Positions 1 to 8,646 of a DNA stretch of 17,592 nucleotides are shown in pieces (positions within the stretch are counted from its first letter, which is position 1; every line of letters begins with the position of its first letter). The position numbers and the translations under genes were made by a program. The notes beneath the pieces are model-generated. The model made no database searches, was not told the DNA's origin, and saw only the letters and a list, made by a program, of their open reading frames with translations. Origin of the DNA: Candidatus Micrarchaeota archaeon. GTDB taxonomy: Archaea > Micrarchaeota > Micrarchaeia > Norongarragalinales > Norongarragalinaceae. The stretch lies in contig JBBIMI010000017.1 of the NCBI GenBank assembly GCA_037444485.1, forward strand, positions 1 to 17,592, given 5' to 3'.

Positions 1-245
1 ACGTGCACGTGGTCGCGCAGCTTCGCGCGGACGTGAGTCCTGCTCGTGCTGCCATGCTGTTGAAGGACGCGTCGGCGCGTGACTTGTTTCGTTTCAAGCC
101 AAAGTTTCGCCTGCGCTACCGGCGCGGCCACTTCTGGGGCCGCGCGTACTTCCACAAGAGCGCGGGCGACGCCGACTTGAAAACAGTCGCGCGTTACGTG
201 CGCGAGGATAACGACGCCCGCCAACGCAAGCTGGCAGCATGCTAG
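1..245 (+). CDS. tnpA: IS200/IS605-family Y1 (HUH) transposase TnpA, 5'-truncated by the window edge
   Basis: The window opens (c)AC GTG CAC, giving the H-V-H HUH motif if the missing base is C. It continues with SP...LK..SAR.LF, then HFWGRAYF (FW.xGYF-like) and a C-terminal helix carrying the candidate catalytic Tyr (TVARYV). Stop TAG at 243-245. Confidence 0.88.
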   Translation, partial: VHVVAQLRADVSPARAAMLLKDASARDLFRFKPKFRLRYRRGHFWGRAYFHKSAGDADLKTVARYVREDNDARQRKLAAC

Positions 246-278
246 AAATCCTACGCCTTCAGGCGTAGGTTATTTAAA
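245..278. mobile_element. Subterminal hairpin marking an IS200/IS605 element end
   Basis: Perfect stem CCTACGCC (250-257), loop TTCA, GGCGTAGG (262-269). It is preceded by GAAAT and followed by TTATTTAA, directly after the tnpA stop. This is the typical layout of IS200/IS605 ends. The exact cleavage point was not determined. Confidence 0.75.
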
Positions 279-289
279 TTGAATTAAAT

Positions 290-357
290 CATAAAAGTAA
301 AAAATTGTAGTAGAAAGTAAAATAAAATTGAAGTAAAGTGAAGTAAGAGTGGAAGTT
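290..357. repeat. Purine-rich low-complexity spacer built from AAGT/AAGTA units
   Basis: aaaagtaaaaaattgtagtagaaagtaaaataaaattgaagtaaagtgaagtaagagtggaagt. Confidence 0.5.
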
Positions 358-1323
358 CAAGCGGGTTTGAAGGCGTTCGACGGGTGGAACGAGTTCCTCT
401 CGCAAAACCCTTTCGGAACTTTTTTTCAAACAAGTTTTTACGCGGATTACGCTGAGAAGGACGCGGGTTTGAAGCCATTCTTCCTGCGCGTCGAGGAAAA
501 CGGGAAAACCGTCGGTCAACTGCTTTTGTTGAAGGGCTCGAAGTTCCACGAGTTGCTCGCGAACTTGCCGCTCGCCGGAATAACTACTAAAATCGTTAGG
601 CGCCTGCTTCCTTCATTCAACTGGATTTATGGGCCTGTTGCGGAAAGCGACGAGGCGGCGCTCGCGCTGTTGGAGAAAGCGCGTGAAGTTTCGAAAAACA
701 AGATTCGCGCGTGCTCGCCGCACCCGCTACAGCAGTTTGAAAACGCTTTCGCGACCGCGGGCTTCAAGCAAAAAAAGTGGGCTACGTTCATCATAGACTT
801 GACTCAAAGCGAAGAAGACTTGTGGAAGCATGTCGACCACTCGGCGCGCAAGCTAGTCAACAGGACTCTCAAGCAAGTCGACGTGAAGCAAGTGGAAACA
901 GAAGCTGAATTCAAAGCCTACCACTCGGTTTTGAACGAGAACAGGAAACGAAGCAAAGTGCTACCTTACCGTTACTCGCCTTTGCTTTGGAGGATTTGGC
1001 GGGACACGAGTTCCGGCGCTGTTTTCATCGCCGTCGAAAAAAATTCTGGACGCGTGCTGGCTGGATTGGGGGTCTCATTCTTCAACGGTTACTTGAACGA
1101 GTGGGGTGCTGGAACTTCCAACTATGCGATTGTAAACCACGTTTACGCTCAAGACACAATCAAGTGGACCATTATCAAGTGGGCGAAGAAAAAAAACTTC
1201 AAGTTTTTCGACTTGACTGGCGTGAACCCGAATCCAGAGAGCGAGAAAGAGAAAGGAATCCATCGTTTTAAGGCAAAATGGGGTGGGAGATTAGTAGAGT
1301 ATAATGAGTATGTTCGTGTATAG
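349..1323 (+). CDS. FemAB/FemX-like GNAT-fold (amino)acyltransferase
   Basis: 324 aa, GTG start. Motifs WNEF..QNP.GTFFQT, YGPV, TFIIDLTQSEEDLW....SARK.V, and WTIIKWAKKKNFKFFDLTG...GIHRFKAKWGG match FemAB-related GNAT proteins found in polysaccharide loci. Confidence 0.8.
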   Translation: MEVQAGLKAFDGWNEFLSQNPFGTFFQTSFYADYAEKDAGLKPFFLRVEENGKTVGQLLLLKGSKFHELLANLPLAGITTKIVRRLLPSFNWIYGPVAESDEAALALLEKAREVSKNKIRACSPHPLQQFENAFATAGFKQKKWATFIIDLTQSEEDLWKHVDHSARKLVNRTLKQVDVKQVETEAEFKAYHSVLNENRKRSKVLPYRYSPLLWRIWRDTSSGAVFIAVEKNSGRVLAGLGVSFFNGYLNEWGAGTSNYAIVNHVYAQDTIKWTIIKWAKKKNFKFFDLTGVNPNPESEKEKGIHRFKAKWGGRLVEYNEYVRV

Positions 1324-1331
1324 CAGCAATA

Positions 1332-3071
1332 TTATTTTTTTATTAGATAATTTCCTATGGCCAGCGCGTCCATTCCCGTAGTATATAAGCAGTTTATTGC
1401 TTCTTTTGGTTTACAAACCATTGGTTCTCCCTGAATGTTCATGCTTGTATTTAGCAGCACTGGAATTCCGGTATAGTCCTCGAACGATTTTATTAATTTA
1501 TAATAACGTGGATTCACTTTCTTTTCAACAGTTTGAGGACGAGCAGTTCCATCGATATGCGTCACTGCTGGAATCTCTTTCCGCTTTTCCGGTTTTACAT
1601 AAAATGATAAAATCATAAAAGGAGAGGGACGTGCGTCTTCTAGATACTCATCCGCAGCTTCAGCCAAGAGTGAAGGACACAAAGGCCGATAGTTTTCTCT
1701 ATGTTTTACCTTAAAGTTTATTATGTCTTTATTTTCAGCTTTTAACGGACTCATCAGAATTGAACGGTTTCCTAAAGCGCGTGGACCCCATTCCATGCGA
1801 CCTTGAAACCAGCCGACTATTTTTCCTTCAGACAATAGCTTGGCAGTTTCACCAGATATGTCATCGTAATAATCGTATCTTAAATTACACTCGTCAAGTA
1901 TCTTCTTAATTTCTTCGTTAGAAAATTCAGGTCCCCAATACGCGTTATCCATAACAAAATCATTTTTATAGCCTAGTTCGGCATAAGCTTGCAAAGCAGC
2001 ACCAAGAGAACACCCCGCATCGTTAGCGCAAGGTTGAATGAATAAATTTTTAACAAGACCGCTTCGCAGAATTCTCCCATTCATTACACAATTTAATGCT
2101 ACGCCACCTCCAAGCGCGAGGTTTATTTCTCCGCTCTTGTCAATAATTCTCTCAGTTAAGGCCACTGCAGCTTGTTCAAGTTTATACTGTAATGCAGCGG
2201 CTATGCTTTGATAACGCTTTTCAGTTTCCAGGAGAGATATTTTAGGACAAGGTGGGCCAAAAACATCCACCATTTTTTGGGAATACATCACGAAATTTGT
2301 TGGATAGTACTTTATTGGAATTTGAGATGGTGTTTTGCCACCACTGTGAAAATAAGAAGTATTCAAACTATAAGTTCCATCGGAATTTATTCTAAGAACA
2401 TCGTTCATTTTTTCTTCAAAGAGTTTAGGATCACCGTATGAAGTGAGACCCATTATCTTGCCTTCTCCGTCTCCAGCTACATAACCGAGGTATTCTGTAA
2501 AACCAGCATAAAAAGTTCCAAGCGAATTAGGCCAATTTATTCGTTCCAAAACTTTAATTTCTCTCTTTTTTTTACCTGTTGACAATAAGGTTGAAGTTAC
2601 TTCACCACGGTCATCCATAGTCAGTATAGCAGACGACTCAAATCCTGATGGATAATATGCGCTGGCAGCATGACAAATATGGTGTTCAAAATATTTTATT
2701 TGCGGGACTCGACCAAATCTTGAACGGAATTGTTTCTTTGGTTCTCCACGCACCGCATTAATCAATGTTTTGTAAAGGAAAATTGCTTGACTTACTGGCT
2801 TGCGCAAGAAAAATCCAGTTAGAATATGGTGAATATTGACGTTAATAAAATATTTCCATGGTGAAAAGTTGCTTAAAGCAATCAGTTCCACTTCATCGAT
2901 TCCAATTTTTGAGTGGTTAAGACAAAAATCTATCGCCTTAAATGGAAATTTAATTCCTGCAGAATGTTTAACACGATTAAATCGTTCTTCCTCTGCTGCC
3001 GCTATGAGTTTTCCATCTTTTAGAAGAGCGGCAGAACAGTCATGACCGAGATGAACACCTAAGATGTACAT
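1332..3071 (-). CDS. O-carbamoyltransferase, NodU/CmcH/TobZ family
   Basis: 579 aa. Motifs HDCSAALL, EEERFNRVKH, EHHICHAASAY, EGKIMGL, GGGVALNCVMN, QP.ANDAG, GPRALGNRS, KHRENYRP, HIDGTARPQTV and LNTSMN. A GGTGG Shine-Dalgarno-like site lies upstream of the ATG. Confidence 0.95.
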   Translation of the reverse strand: MYILGVHLGHDCSAALLKDGKLIAAAEEERFNRVKHSAGIKFPFKAIDFCLNHSKIGIDEVELIALSNFSPWKYFINVNIHHILTGFFLRKPVSQAIFLYKTLINAVRGEPKKQFRSRFGRVPQIKYFEHHICHAASAYYPSGFESSAILTMDDRGEVTSTLLSTGKKKREIKVLERINWPNSLGTFYAGFTEYLGYVAGDGEGKIMGLTSYGDPKLFEEKMNDVLRINSDGTYSLNTSYFHSGGKTPSQIPIKYYPTNFVMYSQKMVDVFGPPCPKISLLETEKRYQSIAAALQYKLEQAAVALTERIIDKSGEINLALGGGVALNCVMNGRILRSGLVKNLFIQPCANDAGCSLGAALQAYAELGYKNDFVMDNAYWGPEFSNEEIKKILDECNLRYDYYDDISGETAKLLSEGKIVGWFQGRMEWGPRALGNRSILMSPLKAENKDIINFKVKHRENYRPLCPSLLAEAADEYLEDARPSPFMILSFYVKPEKRKEIPAVTHIDGTARPQTVEKKVNPRYYKLIKSFEDYTGIPVLLNTSMNIQGEPMVCKPKEAINCLYTTGMDALAIGNYLIKK

Positions 3072-3109
3072 TCAATCCACCTATTAACCACGATTAGCTA
3101 AGTAATCAG

Positions 3110-3320
3110 TAAAAGCAATAATTTATTTTAGTAAATATTTAAAAATATTTAATAATGCGGTTGATAAATTTTAATAAGTAAAATAAGTAATAAATTATGT
3201 TAATAATTTTTAATAAGTAACGTAAATAAGTAATGATTAAAAAATTTAAATAATTTGAATAATTTGTATACTAAGTTATAAATTTATTATTTTTTTCTTT
3301 TTGTCTAATTTTCTTTTTTG
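3110..3320. repeat. Very AT-rich spacer with short direct repeats
   Basis: AAATATTTAA tandem pair at 3133-3152. ATAAGTAA occurs four times (about 3174, 3183, 3213, 3226). T-rich tract at 3286-3319. Confidence 0.55.
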
Positions 3321-3321
3321 C

Positions 3322-4047
3322 CTATTTCCTTTTGCTTTTTAATAATAGTATAAGCGCACCACCGAATACGTCAACGTCTAGACCCAAAAAATGCAATAAG
3401 CGCACCAGATAAAAGAGGATTTTTGAACTCTTGGTTGAAATAGGATTCCCCGCTTCGAAGAAATTTATTTTTCTTGCCTCGAGAACTTTAAACTGATTGC
3501 TACACAAGTTAAGAGCCGAATTAACAGTATATGCGTGTAGATGTCCTGATGGGTGCCCGGGACCAACAGGACTACTTTTTTTAAGCACTTGAAGTAACCG
3601 CGAATAAATTGTTTTTTCTATCGGAATTTTCAGCAAAACATAATCTGCACTATCAGCTATGCTTTCTAAAAATTTAGCATCATCTTGAATGTGTTCAACA
3701 ATATCGGAAAGTAGTATCAAATCCATTTTAGGTCCATTATATCTCGAAAAATCACCTTGAACAAATTTTATTTTAGGGTACCACTTTCTACCAACCACCA
3801 CAAACTTATGACTCAATTCAAAATTTATTGGGGGTTTTTTGAGTTTTGTGAGTCTAGCGAATTCATTAAGCAAAGTGCCTTCCGCACCGCCTATTTCGGC
3901 GCAAGTATAATTTTTTCGCGAAAAAGGATTATATTTTTCCCACATTTCATATAGTAGCCTAGCAGAAGTTTTCATTATTATTTCTCGATTTGGTTCTGAG
4001 AGCTGCGCGCGAGCCCATTCGTCATAAAATTTTTTATCAAAAGACAT
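3322..4047 (-). CDS. Class I SAM-dependent methyltransferase
   Basis: 241 aa. Motif I variant CAEIGGAEG, then FVQGDF, DLILLSDIVEHI.D, LLKIP and GHLHAYT, typical of glycan-locus methyltransferases. Confidence 0.85.
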   Translation of the reverse strand: MSFDKKFYDEWARAQLSEPNREIIMKTSARLLYEMWEKYNPFSRKNYTCAEIGGAEGTLLNEFARLTKLKKPPINFELSHKFVVVGRKWYPKIKFVQGDFSRYNGPKMDLILLSDIVEHIQDDAKFLESIADSADYVLLKIPIEKTIYSRLLQVLKKSSPVGPGHPSGHLHAYTVNSALNLCSNQFKVLEARKINFFEAGNPISTKSSKILFYLVRLLHFLGLDVDVFGGALILLLKSKRK

Positions 4048-4070
4048 ATCTTTTACCTGTAAACAAATTA

Positions 4071-5075
4071 TTACTTTGACAACAGTAATTCGTACAACTT
4101 AATGGTTTTTTTGGCTATCGTGTTTGAATCATGCATTTTTTTTGCGTATTTCTCGCCGTTTTCGCCCAATTTCTTTCTAAAGGCATTATCAGATATAAGT
4201 TCTCTCAAATTTTCTTTTAGAGAACTTACAGTCGAATTGCAGATTGGTAAATTAAACCCTTCAAAATATTTTTCTAGATCCTTCCTTACAAAGACACAAA
4301 CTGGTTTTTTTAGAATCATAGCTTCTACTGCTAGAATACCATACCAACCAACAATGAGTTGATCAATAACTATGTCTGCTTCTAAAAGATGCAGCAGCGT
4401 CGATTCGTGCGACTTTTTCTCAACCAAATCCAGTCGGATGCACAAACCTTCTTTTTTTAATTGATTTATTACATTTATGACAAAATCAGTTCCTTTAATT
4501 CGACGGCTCGTAGGCGCGTGCATCACAACTATTTCTTCATTTTCTTTATTTGATTTTTTCTTTACGGTATGTAATTTTGCGAAATTTTTTAGTTCTTTAA
4601 TATTTATTGGATTAGGAAGCCATTCCGAGCCAGAAACCACTTCCAATAAGTCAGGGGTAGAAACGTAATGAAAATTTCCTAATCTGGAAAAAAAAGGGGC
4701 CCCTTTTTTAACGATTTTTGTAGAACCTTCAAAAATTTTGAATGTTCGAACATCGCTGCCGTGGTGATGGTAAACAATTTTTTTACCTAATAATCGCAGC
4801 AGTGGTGCATCCAAGTAAAAGGGAAGAAAACTTGCCGAATGTAGGTGATAAATGTCGTAATCACGATATTTTGACAGCAATTCTTTTAACCTAAATAATG
4901 GTTGAAAAAAGCGAGGATACCTATCCACCATCATATTGAAATCGTATCCAAAACCTGATGGGTGACTCCGAAACACCACCACATCAGAATCGATGCCAAA
5001 TCGCCTCTGGGCGCGAGAGAGAGTATACGGAATGCCTGCGATATTATGCAAGTGAAGAACTCTCAAAAAGCGCAC
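4071..5075 (-). CDS. GT-B fold glycosyltransferase (GT4-like)
   Basis: 334 aa, GTG start with AGGAG upstream. Motifs YDIYHLH, HHHGSDVR, HAPTSRRIKGT, ADIVIDQL..GWYG..AVEAM..KKPV and LGENG..YA...HD. Confidence 0.88.
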   Translation of the reverse strand: MRFLRVLHLHNIAGIPYTLSRAQRRFGIDSDVVVFRSHPSGFGYDFNMMVDRYPRFFQPLFRLKELLSKYRDYDIYHLHSASFLPFYLDAPLLRLLGKKIVYHHHGSDVRTFKIFEGSTKIVKKGAPFFSRLGNFHYVSTPDLLEVVSGSEWLPNPINIKELKNFAKLHTVKKKSNKENEEIVVMHAPTSRRIKGTDFVINVINQLKKEGLCIRLDLVEKKSHESTLLHLLEADIVIDQLIVGWYGILAVEAMILKKPVCVFVRKDLEKYFEGFNLPICNSTVSSLKENLRELISDNAFRKKLGENGEKYAKKMHDSNTIAKKTIKLYELLLSK

Positions 5076-5102
5076 CTATTTATTACTCCTTGATATTATT
5101 TA

Positions 5103-5765
5103 TCATTTCTTGATTGCTTCAACGTAGAAAAACTTGCTGGTTTTCGCGAAAAAGCCTTTTTCACACAACCACGCCAGCAATGAAAACCAGCCTGGAATTC
5201 TGGCGAGAACGCGCGCTGGCAGAAAGTAAGAGAATTTCGGAAAAGGATTCCATCCCTTAATTTTATAGCGAAAGTAAGGCTTAAGCAGCGAATCGAGTTC
5301 TTCATAGCTTAATTTTACAGTCTTGTAGTAAGCGTTGTTGGGAGTCGTGAGAAACAAAACGCCGTTTTTCTTCAACACGCGCGCGACTTCGCGCATTACC
5401 TGCTCCTGATTCTTCCGCCTTGTTCTCTTGGGAGCAGGAAAATCAGCGTTTGGCACTACGTTAGCCATCACCACCACGTCGAACCAGTTCGATGGGAAAG
5501 GCAGGCGGTACATGCTGGCTTTTTTTATCACCGCGTTTGGATTGAGTCTCTTCACTTCGCGCACGGCTTTCTCGGCCGAGTCGACGCCGTACTTTTCGTT
5601 CGAGTTTTTCAACACCTTCAAGAGCAAACCTTTTCCGCAACCAACATCGAGTACTTTCTTGCCTTCAAGCACCGAGAGTTTGCGGGCTAAATAGTAGCGT
5701 ACGTCGAGTTTGTCACCCCAATCATTTTCTGCAAGCGTTTCTGCAAGCACACTGGTCTCGAACAA
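5103..5765 (-). CDS. Class I SAM-dependent methyltransferase
   Basis: 220 aa, TTG start with GGTG upstream. Motifs VLDVGCGKG, YGVD, LPF....FDVVV and EVARVLKKNGVLFLTTPN. Confidence 0.9.
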   Translation of the reverse strand: MFETSVLAETLAENDWGDKLDVRYYLARKLSVLEGKKVLDVGCGKGLLLKVLKNSNEKYGVDSAEKAVREVKRLNPNAVIKKASMYRLPFPSNWFDVVVMANVVPNADFPAPKRTRRKNQEQVMREVARVLKKNGVLFLTTPNNAYYKTVKLSYEELDSLLKPYFRYKIKGWNPFPKFSYFLPARVLARIPGWFSLLAWLCEKGFFAKTSKFFYVEAIKK

Positions 5766-5857
5766 TTTTATACACCAAGAAAAAGCGTTATGGCAATGCG
5801 AAATGAAATAGTTTAATATAATTGAATTAAAAACTTTCCCTGCCTAGAGGTATGGTT
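5766..5857. promoter_or_regulatory. Divergent promoter region with TATA-like AT tracts
   Basis: The spacer lies between divergent genes. It contains TTTAATATA at 5812-5820 preceded by a purine-rich GAAATGAAATAG, and an SD-like GAGGT at 5847-5851. Confidence 0.45.
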
Positions 5858-7318
5858 ATGGAGTTAAAAACGCTTGCACAAACCGAATGCGTTGAACGCG
5901 TAGAACGCGGTTTGTTCGTCAAGCACACGGCGTTGGTCCTCGCCGCGAATTTTGCGGGGTTAGTCGTAAGCTTTTTCCTCCGTCCGCTCGTTGCCCGCTT
6001 CACCGGCCCGAGCGAGTACGGAGTGTTCGCCTTGATTTTGAGCACGGCGGCAGTAATTCCGGCGCTTACGCTGCTGTCGATTAACGCGGGCGTGTTGTTT
6101 TTCACGGCGAAGAAACACGGGAATAAAAAGTTTGTTGAAAACATTTTTTCTACGAGCATCTATTTTACCGCGATTCTTTCAGTAATCTTTTTCGTTCCCC
6201 TATATTTTTTCTTTACCGTACTGGCGCCGGCGCTCGGCTTCAGCGGTTTCACCGCGGCGTATGTACTTGCGTTCGGGTTGTCCTTGTTCTCGATTCTTCA
6301 AGCGGGGCAACAGGGTTTAGAGCGGTTCAAGGCGTTCAGCGCAGTTAACGTCGCGTCCGTAATCGTCGCCAACGTGCTTGCTGTTGCAACAGCGTTTTTG
6401 CTGCATAGCGGCTTGTATGCGGCTTTCGCGCGCGCTGCTGGCGTTCTAGCTATTTCGTTAGTTGGAATAATTTCACTTAAGCTTTTCGGCGCGTTCGACA
6501 AAAAAATTTTGAGGCAATTGTTTGACTATTCGCTGCCTTTAGGGTTGGCTGGAATAATTAGCGCGTTCATCGCGGTTGTCGATAGGTACATCATCGCTGC
6601 TTTTTACAACACTGCTGAAGTCGGTTTTTACGACGTATCTTATTCCTTTGCCTTTGCAGTTCTACCGCTTTCTTCAGCTTTGCTTGTAACCATAGCGCCT
6701 AAAATCATTAAAAATGTTTCCAAGCTTGACGCATACTACAAGCGCGCTTCCGTCGTAAACGTCGTGCTGCTTTCCGGATTCGCCCTCGCGCTGTTCTATT
6801 ATTCGGACATCATAATTTTCTTGCTCGTCGGACGCGCTTACGTTGCGGGAGCCGTAATGCCGTTGAAAATTCTGGCGCTTGCGCTACCTTTTATGGCTAT
6901 TTATGGCTTGAACGGCTCGATATTTCCGTCAATCGACAAACCGCGTGTTGGCGCGTTTCTCAGCGTTTTGCTCGTTTTTGCAAGCATTTTCTTCAACTTC
7001 CTGCTAGTGCCGCGGTTGGGAAGCGTCGGCGCGGCTTGGGCTAACGTGCTTTCGTACCTCGTCATCGTCGCAATAGGACTAGCTTACTTGATAAAGAACT
7101 ACCGCGTGAGTTTGGGCAAGACGTTTGTTCAAATTGTTTTGTTCTTGTTTTTCGCGGTTTTTTACTTTTTGTTCGCCGAAAAGTTCGGCTTTACCGGCAA
7201 GACCGCTTTCTACGCGCTGTTCGCGCTGCTTACCATCACGCTTCAGCGCGAGGCGTTCGCCGAGGTACTCCACGAAATAATAGTCTTATTCAAGCTAAAG
7301 CTGCAAAGAACGCGCTAA
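5858..7318 (+). CDS. Wzx/MOP-superfamily oligosaccharide flippase (AglR-like)
   Basis: About 486 aa, multi-pass membrane protein. Motifs VARFTGPSEYG.FAL, LFDYSLPL, VDRYII....T.EVGFY and NFLLVPRLGSVGAAWA. The ATG at 5858 is preferred over 5852 because of spacing from GAGGT. Confidence 0.9.
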   Translation: MELKTLAQTECVERVERGLFVKHTALVLAANFAGLVVSFFLRPLVARFTGPSEYGVFALILSTAAVIPALTLLSINAGVLFFTAKKHGNKKFVENIFSTSIYFTAILSVIFFVPLYFFFTVLAPALGFSGFTAAYVLAFGLSLFSILQAGQQGLERFKAFSAVNVASVIVANVLAVATAFLLHSGLYAAFARAAGVLAISLVGIISLKLFGAFDKKILRQLFDYSLPLGLAGIISAFIAVVDRYIIAAFYNTAEVGFYDVSYSFAFAVLPLSSALLVTIAPKIIKNVSKLDAYYKRASVVNVVLLSGFALALFYYSDIIIFLLVGRAYVAGAVMPLKILALALPFMAIYGLNGSIFPSIDKPRVGAFLSVLLVFASIFFNFLLVPRLGSVGAAWANVLSYLVIVAIGLAYLIKNYRVSLGKTFVQIVLFLFFAVFYFLFAEKFGFTGKTAFYALFALLTITLQREAFAEVLHEIIVLFKLKLQRTR

Positions 7319-7357
7319 AAGCAGTTTTTTAATTTCAGCCGCGCTCTTACTTTAATC

Positions 7358-8530
7358 ATGAACGACTCAAAGCCGCGTTTCTTGATTCTCGGCGCGAAGG
7401 AATACCCGCTGGGCGCGGGCGCGGGAGAAGACGCTTACGCGTCAGGCGGAATGGAGGCGTACACGCAGCAACTCGCGCCCTTGCTCGCCGCGCGGGGCGC
7501 GCGCGTTATAGTGGTCACGCGCAAGTTCGCGCGGCAGCCAGCGCGTGAAACGCGTCAAGGCGTCGAGATTCGGAGAGTCGGCTGGTTGAAGGGTTTTCTT
7601 TGGCGCAACCCGTCATTCAACTTGAACGCGTTGCGTGAAACGCTTTTCATGCCGCGCGGCTCGTTCGACGCGATAATCGCGAACGGCGTTATTGCGACTC
7701 TCGTTGGTTTGAAGACGAAGTTTTTCAAAAAACTTTTCGGCGAGCGCGTTGCGGTAATTGCTCGTCCTGCTGGAATTGCTTGGGTTCAACCGCAATACAA
7801 TTTTTTGGTAAAAAGCGTTTTATTTTTCTTGGAGACGATCGCGTACAAGCTGGCTGACGCGGTCGTTTTTCTCTCGCCGCAGGAACGCGAGCAATTCGAA
7901 AAGAAAATGGGTTTCCTGCCCAAACGCGTCGCGCTGATTTCAACTGGCGTGAACACCGCGCGGTTCAAGCGCGCGACCGGCGAGCGCGCGCGCAAGCAAC
8001 TCGGCTTGCGTGGGAAAACAATTGTGTTCGTTGGGCGGTTGATTCAAGTTAAGGGACTCGAGTACTTGATTAAAGCACTGCCGCGTGTTCGCGGTAATGC
8101 GCAACTCGTGATTCTTGGTGACGGCCCGCTGCGCGCCGAACTTGAGCGACTCGCGCGCGAACTCGGCGTCGAGAAAAAAATTTTTTTCGTCAAGCGCGGC
8201 GACGTGGCGGAATTCCTTAAAGCAAGCGACGTTTTCGTTCTCCCGTCAGTCTCTGAAGGCTTGCCGATAGCGCTTCTTGAAGCAATGGCTGCGCGGCGAG
8301 CTTGTGTCGTGACTGACATAGGCTTGCCTGTGCGTGACGGAATTGACGCGCTTGTCGTGCCGCCCAAAAACTCGGACGCGCTCGCGCAAGCGTTAAATAA
8401 AGTGTTGGGCGACGCTGGGTTGCGCAGACGGCTGGGCAAGAACGCGCACGCTCGCGTGAAGAAAGAGTTTAATTGGAACAACGCAGTAAACGCTTACTTG
8501 AAGCTTGCAGGCGAACTAACGCGCGGTTAA
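7358..8530 (+). CDS. GT4-family glycosyltransferase
   Basis: 390 aa. Motifs GGME.Y, FVGRL...KG..YLIKA, GDGP.R and the EX7E motif in DVFVLPSVSEGLPIALLEAMA. A TATA-like TTTTAATT lies about 25-30 nt upstream of the ATG, so the transcript may be leaderless. Confidence 0.93.
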   Translation: MNDSKPRFLILGAKEYPLGAGAGEDAYASGGMEAYTQQLAPLLAARGARVIVVTRKFARQPARETRQGVEIRRVGWLKGFLWRNPSFNLNALRETLFMPRGSFDAIIANGVIATLVGLKTKFFKKLFGERVAVIARPAGIAWVQPQYNFLVKSVLFFLETIAYKLADAVVFLSPQEREQFEKKMGFLPKRVALISTGVNTARFKRATGERARKQLGLRGKTIVFVGRLIQVKGLEYLIKALPRVRGNAQLVILGDGPLRAELERLARELGVEKKIFFVKRGDVAEFLKASDVFVLPSVSEGLPIALLEAMAARRACVVTDIGLPVRDGIDALVVPPKNSDALAQALNKVLGDAGLRRRLGKNAHARVKKEFNWNNAVNAYLKLAGELTRG

Positions 8531-8540
8531 CGTAGTCGCA

Positions 8541-8643
8541 CAACTTTCTTTATAATTAACAACTTTCTTTATAATTAATTAATTCGTAATTCATTTTAAT
8601 TAATTCATAATTCGTTAGGGCGGGATTCGTTAGGGCAGGGATT
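8541..8643. repeat. Three adjacent short duplications filling the intergenic spacer
   Basis: CAACTTTCTTTATAATTAA x2 (8541-8559, 8560-8578). TTAATTAATTC(G/A)TAATTC x2 (8575-8592, 8596-8613). ATTCGTTAGGGC(A)GGG x2 (8610-8624, 8625-8640). Confidence 0.85.
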
Positions 8644-8646
8644 TTC

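Noticed and set aside
250..269. Hairpin as an intrinsic terminator
   Set aside because: No clean U-tract follows it, the host is archaeal, and its position and form fit an IS200/IS605 end better.
284..549. Minus-strand ORFs 284-478 and 289-549
   Set aside because: They are antisense shadows of the FemAB-like gene running into a low-complexity spacer.
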